Shown here piece after piece: positions 8,441-16,399 of a stretch of 50,873 nucleotides of DNA. The DNA comes from a virus. Taxonomy: Duplodnaviria; Caudoviricetes. Made by a program: the position numbers and the translations under genes. Numbering within the stretch: position 1 is the first letter of the stretch; every line of letters begins with the position of its first letter. The notes beneath the pieces were generated by a model. The model made no database searches, was not told the origin of the DNA, and saw nothing but the letters and a program-made list of their open reading frames with translations. Location of the stretch: the IMG/VR virus record IMGVR_UViG_3300048558_000003, positions 1 to 50,873 of that record; one strand, 5' to 3'.

Positions 8441-9184
8441 ATGAGTTTCTTTACTAGTCGAGATGCCCTCAAGAGAGCCATGCTCGATATCCAGACTACA
8501 GCTAGTGAATACAGCAAATGGACTCCGGATGTAGTTCATTTGGAGTCCCATGCCTTTCAACTCCTCTTTGTCTATGATCGTCTGCAACCTGATTTCCCTG
8601 ACTACGAAAAGGTGGTCAAAGAGCATGTGATCCATGCTGGCATTGCATTCACGAATGAGAAGTTTGTGATGCAGAAGTTCTGTCTGGGTAAGGACTCATA
8701 CCCGATTATCCAGCGGAAAGATAAGTACATCCTCACCCCACCACGCAGGATCAAAGGGCAGCTCTATTACATCCAGTCCGAGGTGATCAAAGAGCTTGAC
8801 TCGATGGCTCGGAATGGGATAGAGTTCAAGCGAGAGCTTCTTGAAATCTACATGCCCTACACCCATCTCAAGAAGCCTGCTCCCATGCTGTACGGCAAGG
8901 AGCGTGAAGAAGCGATGGCTAGGGGTGAGCCTGAGGGTCGAACGCGAGCTGAATATCTCGCAGTGTTCGGCACCGAACATCCTTCCTTCCACATTAAGAA
9001 GCATAAGATTTTGAAAGCCTACGGATATGTAGGTATCAATGATTACTGGGATGGAGTATCCAACCCAGAAGAATTCGAAGGGATCACCAACATGAGTTGG
9101 GGCAATGTGCAGGCATTCAAAGCACATGATCCTGGTATTGGAACCTACTACCATTTCACCAAGAGAGAGTTATTTGACAAATAG
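8441..9184 (+). CDS. Gamma-glutamylcyclotransferase (AIG2-like) fold protein, divergent
   Basis: LLFVYDRLQ (cf. FVYGTL); IKGQLYYI..IKELDSMARNGIEFKRELLEI. Confidence 0.7.
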   Translation: MSFFTSRDALKRAMLDIQTTASEYSKWTPDVVHLESHAFQLLFVYDRLQPDFPDYEKVVKEHVIHAGIAFTNEKFVMQKFCLGKDSYPIIQRKDKYILTPPRRIKGQLYYIQSEVIKELDSMARNGIEFKRELLEIYMPYTHLKKPAPMLYGKEREEAMARGEPEGRTRAEYLAVFGTEHPSFHIKKHKILKAYGYVGINDYWDGVSNPEEFEGITNMSWGNVQAFKAHDPGIGTYYHFTKRELFDK

Positions 9185-10745
9185 TAAAATTGTTCAAGCA
9201 CATTTACCATGCCCAGACGCCGAAGGTTGTGGCTCCTCTGATGCGTACGCAATCTGGGATGATGGGCATGGTTTCTGCTTTTCCTGTAATAAAGCATTCA
9301 ATAAAGAACGTAAGGGATATATTGAGCCAGAATTTACTTATGAATATTTACCTAGACGTAATATCTCAGCTGAGACATTTAGATTTTTCGAGACAAAGAC
9401 GAAGGTAAATGGCGACGGTAAACCTGTTGCAGTTGGGTATAAGTACCCCAACGGAAGTTATAAAATTAGAAACTTAGAGAAGAAAGAGTTCTACACCGAA
9501 GGTGACATCTCTAAGGCAGGACTGTTCGGCAGAGATAAGTTTGCCGCAGGCGGGTCACGCTATGTGACCGTAACAGAAGGGGAAGATGATGCTCACAGTC
9601 TTTACGAGGTCTTGCAAGGCCCTGTCGTCTCTGTTAAATCTGCTAGTAGTGCTGTTTCTGATTGTACTGCTGATTGGGAATGGCTCAATTCCTTTGAACG
9701 CATCTATCTCGCGTTCGACAGTGATGCAGCCGGTAGAGAAGCTCTGTCAAAAGTTGCAAGACTCTTCGATTATAACAAAATCTACCACGTCAAGTTCACC
9801 AATCGAAAAGACGCAACCGACTACCTCGAACACGGGGAGCGTCAGCAATTAAAGAACATTTGGTGGAATTCCAAGAAGTATCTGCCTGACAGCATCGTCT
9901 CGTCATTCAGCGACTTTAAGGACATTCTATCTAAGCCTGATCCCGTGGGTATCCCATACCCATTCCCCACGCTGACTAGAATGACGTATGGGATACGCCC
10001 CGGTGAGAGTGTACTGATCACTGCCCAAGAGGGCGTAGGTAAAACGGAGGTGATGCATGCTATCGAATACCAGCTTCTTAAATACACCGATGATGCGGTC
10101 GGTGCGATATTTTTGGAAGAGCCGAAGAAACGTCATCTACAAGCCATCGCTGGAATTGAGTTACAGAAGCCTGTCCGCCTGCCGAATTCTGGCGTCAGCG
10201 ATGAGGAAACATTCGATGCAGTACAGAGGGTTGTACGAGAAGATGATCGTCTTCATGTCTATTCTCATTTCGGGTCAGATGATCCAGAAGTTATTCTCGA
10301 CACTATACGATTTCTCGTCTCTGCGCGTAACTGTCGTTATATTCTTCTTGATCATATCACTATGGTTGTGTCGGGTCTTGCCGGAGAAGAAGAACGACGG
10401 GCCCTAGACTATCTTACGACTAGATTGGAGATGATGGTCCAAGAGTTAAACTTCTCTCTAATCTTTGTCTCTCATGTGAACGACCACGGACAGACTCGTG
10501 GGTCTCGTTACATCGGTAAGATATGTCACATTCGTATTGATCTAACCCGTGACGTGGAAAACGGTAGTAACGAAATCCACCTGTCTGTGCCGAAGAATAG
10601 ATTTGGAATGAAGACTGGACCGGCTGGTGTCATTGTATTCGATCCAGAGAAATATCAGTTCCGTGAGTTGGGTGATGAAGGTTTCGCAGCCAACGCAAAC
10701 GAAGAATACAATGGACACAAGGTACGAGCTGAAGATCAATCCTGA
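9174..10745 (+). CDS. T7 gp4-like DNA primase-helicase
   Basis: Zn ribbon CP..CGSSDA..FCFSC, TOPRIM TEGEDDA / FDSD, Walker A AQEGVGKT, ILLDHIT, KNRFG; TTG start inferred. Confidence 0.96.
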   Translation: MTNSKIVQAHLPCPDAEGCGSSDAYAIWDDGHGFCFSCNKAFNKERKGYIEPEFTYEYLPRRNISAETFRFFETKTKVNGDGKPVAVGYKYPNGSYKIRNLEKKEFYTEGDISKAGLFGRDKFAAGGSRYVTVTEGEDDAHSLYEVLQGPVVSVKSASSAVSDCTADWEWLNSFERIYLAFDSDAAGREALSKVARLFDYNKIYHVKFTNRKDATDYLEHGERQQLKNIWWNSKKYLPDSIVSSFSDFKDILSKPDPVGIPYPFPTLTRMTYGIRPGESVLITAQEGVGKTEVMHAIEYQLLKYTDDAVGAIFLEEPKKRHLQAIAGIELQKPVRLPNSGVSDEETFDAVQRVVREDDRLHVYSHFGSDDPEVILDTIRFLVSARNCRYILLDHITMVVSGLAGEEERRALDYLTTRLEMMVQELNFSLIFVSHVNDHGQTRGSRYIGKICHIRIDLTRDVENGSNEIHLSVPKNRFGMKTGPAGVIVFDPEKYQFRELGDEGFAANANEEYNGHKVRAEDQS

Positions 10746-10884
10746 TCGAAGTACGGGATTGTACAGAATTCATTTGGTTAAGAAATACGACTCAGGCTAC
10801 CAGCAAGAAGAGCTGGTGGAGTACGCCGATAACTTAGATGCAGGGCTGAGGCGGTGTGATGAACTCAATAAAACACTGGGATGA
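10711..10884 (+). CDS. Small hypothetical protein
   Basis: Short ORF overlapping both neighbours. Confidence 0.5.
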   Translation: MDTRYELKINPDRSTGLYRIHLVKKYDSGYQQEELVEYADNLDAGLRRCDELNKTLG

Positions 10885-11536
10885 TATGAACTACTGGTCG
10901 TCTGACGACTGGAGGAAAGTTCAGGAGAGACTTGATGAAGCTGGAGATCGTGTTCTGCCTGTTCGGGAGTGCCTATTTAGCGCTCTTGACCTATGCAGCC
11001 TTGAACGTACTAGGGTTGTTCTTCTAGGGCAGGACTCTTACTGCAGCAAAGAAGCAGCTACGGGTGTGGCATTTTCAGTGCCTAAAACCTGTCATAAGCC
11101 GCCCACGTTACGCAATATTTTAGCTGAGTTGAAGGCTGACCTTCACTATGAGGCACAGCACGGTGATCTCACCGGCTGGTGTGAGCAAGGGGTCTTGTTG
11201 TGGAATGTAATCCCTTCTGTACTCTGGCAATACGGCCCCTTGTCTTGCTCTCATTGGGAGTGGTCTTCTCTCACCAAGGAAATTCTGTTGACTTTGACCA
11301 CCAAACCTGTAGTATTCGTACTGATGGGGGTTAGAGCCAGAAGTTATAGTGATATAATTAATCACGAAGAAAGCTATGCCGAGATAATTGAGACGGGCCA
11401 TCCGTCTCCGTTAGCACAGAACAGCCGAAGTAAATCCACTGCTAAATTTATCGGTTCCCGCGTCTTTTCTAGAGTGAACGAACTACTTACTCTACATAGA
11501 ATGGAGCCGATAGACTGGTCAAAAGGACTAGTCTGA
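10856..11536 (+). CDS. ung: Uracil-DNA glycosylase, family 1
   Basis: LGQDSY, GVAFS, GVLLWN and HPSPL motifs. Confidence 0.93.
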   Translation: MMNSIKHWDDMNYWSSDDWRKVQERLDEAGDRVLPVRECLFSALDLCSLERTRVVLLGQDSYCSKEAATGVAFSVPKTCHKPPTLRNILAELKADLHYEAQHGDLTGWCEQGVLLWNVIPSVLWQYGPLSCSHWEWSSLTKEILLTLTTKPVVFVLMGVRARSYSDIINHEESYAEIIETGHPSPLAQNSRSKSTAKFIGSRVFSRVNELLTLHRMEPIDWSKGLV

Positions 11537-11556
11537 AACAAGAGCAGGGGAGAACC

Positions 11557-11757
11557 ATGAATGCTCTTTCATGGAAAAACTACAAGACCGTTCCGTGTCA
11601 GCATGGCCATGCGCATATTTGGATGCATGGGCGCTATGTTTGCATGGGCTGTGCTAGTCCAAACTATCGGTATGAGTTCTCGAAAGAAATTAGAATAATA
11701 ACAACAATGGGGATAACCCATGTCGAGGAAACGCCTTCCCAACCAGATACTGGATGA
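11557..11757 (+). CDS. Small Cys/His protein
   Basis: SD GGGGAG; CxxGH..CxxC. Confidence 0.55.
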   Translation: MNALSWKNYKTVPCQHGHAHIWMHGRYVCMGCASPNYRYEFSKEIRIITTMGITHVEETPSQPDTG

Positions 11758-11923
11758 CGAAGGACAACGGGCTCTAGCTGCTGCTGTCGTCGCCGGTAAG
11801 ATGGTGAAACAAGCAGCAGCGGAGTTCGGAATATCCGTCAGCCGGGCCTATGAAATCGTGAATAAACTCTGTATTACGCAGAGGGTGTTCAGGAAGCCAT
11901 TAGAAGCCCGTACAGAAGAGTAA
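11720..11923 (+). CDS. Small helix-turn-helix protein
   Basis: VKQAAAEFGISVSRAYEIV is a classic HTH. Confidence 0.75.
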   Translation: MSRKRLPNQILDDEGQRALAAAVVAGKMVKQAAAEFGISVSRAYEIVNKLCITQRVFRKPLEARTEE

Positions 11924-11993
11924 ATTCAAGGGCTACCCTAGTAGCTCCAATCAATAAAAACGCACCCACGGCCTTCTAATGGCGTTTAAAAGG
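11890..11993. repeat. ~100-bp dispersed element, copy 2
   Basis: TAGAAGCCCG..GCTACCCTAGTAGC (reverse complement of the copy 1 core)..AACGCACCCACGGCCTTCTA. Confidence 0.75.
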
Positions 11994-12016
11994 GTGTCTA
12001 GAAAGGATAGTCGATA

Positions 12017-12463
12017 ATGGAAGTTAAAACGGACGAGAAGGAGCAGGAAATGGTGCCTAAGGCTCCTTGGATACCCCGTGTAGTCACTGGGGGTAAGGAC
12101 GGTGGAAGTCATAAGTTTGGTGACGGTCCTGACTGGCTTAGGGACCTGCCTACCGGGTCTACTTTCTTAGCTCAGGACAAGCATTTCAATAATGTCCGTG
12201 AAGATAAGTATTGGGTGCTCGGTGGTCCATTCACTGTAACCTTCCGTACTCATAACGGTCGAGGTGTGGTACTGGCAGCTGAGAGCCCCACCGGACAACA
12301 TGCATTCATGCCTGTGGATAGCCTCAGGTTCAGCAGCAAGTACTCTCTGTTTGATATCCTTAATCTGGGTGACGGTAAAGCTATCGCACCTACAGAATTC
12401 AACGAAGAAGAAGCTCCAGAAGGAGACAAGAAAGATGGTAGTGAAGGGTCCGTACAGCCTTGA
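12017..12463 (+). CDS. Hypothetical protein
   Basis: ORF with AAGGA SD. Confidence 0.8.
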   Translation: MEVKTDEKEQEMVPKAPWIPRVVTGGKDGGSHKFGDGPDWLRDLPTGSTFLAQDKHFNNVREDKYWVLGGPFTVTFRTHNGRGVVLAAESPTGQHAFMPVDSLRFSSKYSLFDILNLGDGKAIAPTEFNEEEAPEGDKKDGSEGSVQP

Positions 12464-12608
12464 TGATTGGGAGACGATGTTGAACTATAAGTTCCGTTAT
12501 TTCCCTCACATGGAACGTCAGAACAAGAAGTTTAACGGTCGCTATGAAGATCGTATTAACCGCGAGAAAGAGCGATATAAAGAATATCTATTGAAAGAGG
12601 TAGCATAG
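12435..12608 (+). CDS. Small hypothetical protein
   Basis: ATG 12435 after AGGAG; fills the gap before the RlpA gene. Confidence 0.55.
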   Translation: MVVKGPYSLDDWETMLNYKFRYFPHMERQNKKFNGRYEDRINREKERYKEYLLKEVA

Positions 12609-12609
12609 C

Positions 12610-12915
12610 TTGATTAGTACAATTGCTGGATGCGTCATGATGGTGGCTTCCTATTATGGAGGTGGAGATGGACTCTGTGGAAGCAAAACTGCAAGCGGAC
12701 AAAGATTTGATTGTTCGCAACATACGGCAGCACATAGAAACCTGCCATTTGGAACTCGCCTTTCTGTCTCACGTAACGGGCAGACCGTTGACGTTCGCAT
12801 TAACGATAGAGGTCCTTTTATCCGCGGAAGGCATCTCGATTTGTCACTCAGCGCGGCTAAAGCCATCGGATTACACAAAGTAGGTGTAGGAAAGGTTATG
12901 GTGTGTCAGAAGTAG
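12610..12915 (+). CDS. RlpA-like double-psi beta-barrel (lytic transglycosylase family)
   Basis: ASYYG, TASG, TAAHRNLPFGT, VRINDRGPF, DLSLSAA motifs. Confidence 0.93.
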   Translation: MISTIAGCVMMVASYYGGGDGLCGSKTASGQRFDCSQHTAAHRNLPFGTRLSVSRNGQTVDVRINDRGPFIRGRHLDLSLSAAKAIGLHKVGVGKVMVCQK

Positions 12916-13256
12916 AAGAGTCCGAACCCGTTAATACTAAAACTAGAGGTGAGAATGCTCTCTGGAAACACTGGGCTATTGAGCTGGGCTATGAAGACAC
13001 AACCTATGAAGATAGTAATGGTGTTGTAGGACCCAAAGCGGGTTTTGTTCTAGATGCTTGGGAACAAGGCTACGTAGAAGCTTGGGAGACACAGCAGAAG
13101 AAGATTAGAGATATTGAATCTTATCATGCTCGTGAAATCCATGACCGAGGTATGCTTGATTACTATAAAGGTTATGAAGCTGGTCTAAAGAATGCTAAAA
13201 CACATTTGATTAAAATGATGGTTGAAGAGGATAAGTCCAATGAAGGACAGAACTAA
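12903..13256 (+). CDS. Hypothetical protein
   Basis: ORF tightly packed in the operon. Confidence 0.65.
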   Translation: MSEVEESEPVNTKTRGENALWKHWAIELGYEDTTYEDSNGVVGPKAGFVLDAWEQGYVEAWETQQKKIRDIESYHAREIHDRGMLDYYKGYEAGLKNAKTHLIKMMVEEDKSNEGQN

Positions 13257-13390
13257 AGAAATTATTTACGGATTGACTATGTATATGGCTGGTGGTATTA
13301 CTATGCTGATTATGTGTCTTGCATATGCCAGCTTCCATCTCCACGCTGTATGTTCTAGTCCTGAGCACTGCATTATTATTTGGAAATAAA

Positions 13391-13708
13391 ATGCCTTTTG
13401 TTGAACACAGGTTTGGTAAAAATTTACTGCTAAAAGCAGACGGCAATAAACACTATGTCTCTTGGTTGCCTCCTAAGACAAGCAACAGTCCTTATCCCGT
13501 CTTCTGTCAAGATGGAGATGAGGGAGGAGAGACAGCATTCTTTAATGGGGATAATTTTTTAATTCTTAATGGAGATCACCGTAAAGGATATGAAGAGTTG
13601 TATCCTGATTTAGATTTGTGTACTAAATATTTTTGGGATCATATAGATCAGGCATCTTCTTGGTCCGAGCATACAAGTAAAACCCCTAACCGTTTTGATA
13701 AAGCTTGA
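13391..13708 (+). CDS. Hypothetical protein
   Basis: ORF coupled to the polymerase start; start codon uncertain. Confidence 0.6.
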   Translation: MPFVEHRFGKNLLLKADGNKHYVSWLPPKTSNSPYPVFCQDGDEGGETAFFNGDNFLILNGDHRKGYEELYPDLDLCTKYFWDHIDQASSWSEHTSKTPNRFDKA

Positions 13709-15663
13709 GAGTAATCTGTGACATAGAAGCTAACGGGTTAGAGAACCCAACGGAAATCTGGTGTGTAGTCTGTAAAGACATAGACACTGGAGAGATACAC
13801 ATATTTAGAAATGTAACAAATGATGCAAATGATAAAAGACGTTTTCATAGCTTCTGCACTTGTGTGGACTATATTGTTGGCCACAATTGGCTCGGTTACG
13901 ACGGGCCTGTACTTCGCAAACTACTTGGGTGGGATACCATCTCAGGCAGTGTGCAGGTCATCGACACCTTAATCATAAGTAAACTTGTAGACTATTCCAG
14001 ACCCAATGGACATTCAATTGAAGCTTATGGACTTGAGTTTGGTTATCCAAAGGGAGTATTTACAGACTTCTCTCACTACTCAGATGCTATGGTGGAATAC
14101 TGCCAGAGAGACGTGGAAATCACAGAGAAAGTCTATAAGAAATACAGACGCATTATTGAAGATGCCGCTTGGCAACCATCCATTAAGGTAGAACATGATT
14201 TCCAGCTTATTGTTAATGATCTGCATGATAATGGTTTTGCTTTCAATTCCATCAAAGCCCAGAAAATATTAGATGAAGTGACTGCTTCTCTAACGTCTCT
14301 AGACAAAGAGATTGCAGATGCGTTCCCTGAAAGACTTAAACTTATTAAGGAAATTCACCCTAAGCTCACTAAGCACGGTACTCTATCGCGTACTGACTTT
14401 AGATGGGTGGCAGATGGTGACTTGTCTATTTATAATGGGGGTCCTTTTAGTCGTTGTGAATGGACTGCTTTTAATCCATCTAGTCCTAAGCAGATCATTG
14501 AAATTCTTAATAACGCTGGCTGGTCTCCAATAAACAAAACTAAAACTCATATTACAACTGAAAGAGAGTACAATCGTCTCAAGCGTTCTCGACAAGCCGA
14601 TGCCTTAGTTGACTTAAGGCTTAAAGAGTTGTATATTAAAATGGAAGGGTTGAGAAAGACCGGCTGGAAAGTTGATGAAGAAAACCTTTCCACCCTCCCC
14701 CCCTCCGCTCCTGCTCCCTCCCGCCTCTTGGCTAAGCGTATTCTGCTGGAGTCCCGACGAAGGACTCTCACAGAATGGCTTAGCCTTGTAGGGGAAGATG
14801 GACGCATCCACGGGCGCTTCTTCGGTATCGGGGCATGGACCCACCGAATGGCCCACCAAAATCCCAATACAGCTAACATTCCCAATGAATATGATACGAA
14901 TGGGAATAAGAAGCTCTACGGGAAAGAGATGCGCTCCCTATGGGTAGCCCCCCGAAATAGATTGCTGATTGGTGTTGATGCAGAAGGCATTCAGCTACGC
15001 ATCTTCGCCCACTACATAAATGACGCTGAGTTCACTCAATCATTGGTAGAAGGGAAGAAGGATGACAAAACCGATCCACATTCGCTCAACCAAAGGATAC
15101 TTGGTAGTGCGTGTAAGTCTAGAGCCGCTGCTAAACGATTTATCTACGCTCTGCTCTTGGGAGCGGGAATGCAGAAATTATCTGAAATTCTTGCAGCATC
15201 AAATACCGAAACCCAACAAGCTCTTGATCGTTTACTTACCCGATACACTGGATGGGCTGTTCTTAAGGAACAGGTATTTCCGAAGGATGCGACGCGCGGC
15301 TATTTCGTTGGGTTGGACGGTAGAAAGGTCAGTATACCGGGAGAAACGGAAGGTACCCGAAGACATCTGGCAATGTCGGGATACCTCCAGTCTGGAGAAG
15401 CGGTTTGCATGAAGCTGGCCACTCTCAAATTCTACCCGGAGATGCAGGCACTAGGAGGCAAGTTAGTTAATTTTGTTCACGACGAATGGCAGTCTGAATG
15501 CAAGAATAATATGGAGGTCGCAATCCACATAGCAAAACTAAAAGCAGATGCCCTACGACAAGTAGGGGAAGATTTAAAACTTAATTGTCCTCTAGCAGGT
15601 AGCTATTGGAACGATGACCTGAAAGATTATACAATCGGTACGAATTGGAGTGTAACACATTGA
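13705..15663 (+). CDS. Family A DNA polymerase with 3'-5' exonuclease (T7 gp5-like)
   Basis: DIEANGL, GHNWLGYD, YCQRDV (exo); GVDAEGIQLR, RAAAKRFIYALLLG, VHDEWQ (pol motifs A, B, C). Confidence 0.97.
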   Translation: MRVICDIEANGLENPTEIWCVVCKDIDTGEIHIFRNVTNDANDKRRFHSFCTCVDYIVGHNWLGYDGPVLRKLLGWDTISGSVQVIDTLIISKLVDYSRPNGHSIEAYGLEFGYPKGVFTDFSHYSDAMVEYCQRDVEITEKVYKKYRRIIEDAAWQPSIKVEHDFQLIVNDLHDNGFAFNSIKAQKILDEVTASLTSLDKEIADAFPERLKLIKEIHPKLTKHGTLSRTDFRWVADGDLSIYNGGPFSRCEWTAFNPSSPKQIIEILNNAGWSPINKTKTHITTEREYNRLKRSRQADALVDLRLKELYIKMEGLRKTGWKVDEENLSTLPPSAPAPSRLLAKRILLESRRRTLTEWLSLVGEDGRIHGRFFGIGAWTHRMAHQNPNTANIPNEYDTNGNKKLYGKEMRSLWVAPRNRLLIGVDAEGIQLRIFAHYINDAEFTQSLVEGKKDDKTDPHSLNQRILGSACKSRAAAKRFIYALLLGAGMQKLSEILAASNTETQQALDRLLTRYTGWAVLKEQVFPKDATRGYFVGLDGRKVSIPGETEGTRRHLAMSGYLQSGEAVCMKLATLKFYPEMQALGGKLVNFVHDEWQSECKNNMEVAIHIAKLKADALRQVGEDLKLNCPLAGSYWNDDLKDYTIGTNWSVTH

Positions 15664-15799
15664 ATATTAATAAGATTGAAAATGGCTTCACAGTAAGTTT
15701 TTATGACGGTGAAGACTCTTGGAAAGAGAATGAAAAGGTTTATGCATTCACTACTTGGAGTGATGCAGTTAATTGGCTAAAAGATAATGGATATAAAGT

Positions 15800-15967
15800 A
15801 TGACGTTGTATGAAGTTGATTATTCAATGTTAGTGCCTGAGTACGGTGTACTAAATATTGAGGCTGTAGATGCGAACGACGCTGAGATGAAGGCTCTGAA
15901 CCAACTGACTTCAGACGCCCCTCACGCAAATAATGTAGAAATTGAAGCTGTGAAAGAAATTTCCTAA
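15800..15967 (+). CDS. Small acidic hypothetical protein (55 aa)
   Basis: ORF read manually, ends directly before the ssb ATG. Confidence 0.55.
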   Translation: MTLYEVDYSMLVPEYGVLNIEAVDANDAEMKALNQLTSDAPHANNVEIEAVKEIS

Positions 15968-16390
15968 ATGGCTATTATTGAACTAGAAGGTGAGTTGTCT
16001 TGGGTCAAGGCAGTTACTCCCGATGAGTACGAGGGTAAGCGTAACTGGTCTGCCTGTACGACACTCAGCCCCGATGCCCTACAGACTATTATGGAACTGA
16101 AGGCAGAAGGTGTTAAGAACGTCCTTAAGAAGGACGATCAGAACCGTTGGTATATTAAGGTCTCTCGCCGTGACGGCATTTATAAGGGAGACAAGATGAC
16201 TAAGGTGCTTAGCCCGCCTGTAGTCACAGACATCGAAGGTAACATCATCGATGGTGATACCATCGGTAATGGTTCTAAGGGTATCCTGAGAGTGGATGTG
16301 TACGAGCATCCAGTTAAGGGTGGCTCTAAGGCTAAAGCCATGCGTCTTGAGAGTATCAAGATCACTGAGCTTAAGAAACGCGGGGAGTAG
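15968..16390 (+). CDS. ssDNA-binding protein (T7 gp2.5-like OB fold)
   Basis: PPVVTD..IGNGSKG..RLESIKITEL motifs; position after the polymerase. Confidence 0.8.
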   Translation: MAIIELEGELSWVKAVTPDEYEGKRNWSACTTLSPDALQTIMELKAEGVKNVLKKDDQNRWYIKVSRRDGIYKGDKMTKVLSPPVVTDIEGNIIDGDTIGNGSKGILRVDVYEHPVKGGSKAKAMRLESIKITELKKRGE

Positions 16391-16399
16391 CGGCGCGGC

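Noticed and set aside
9174-9200. TTGACA as a -35 element
   Set aside because: No suitably spaced -10; it coincides with the probable TTG start of the primase-helicase
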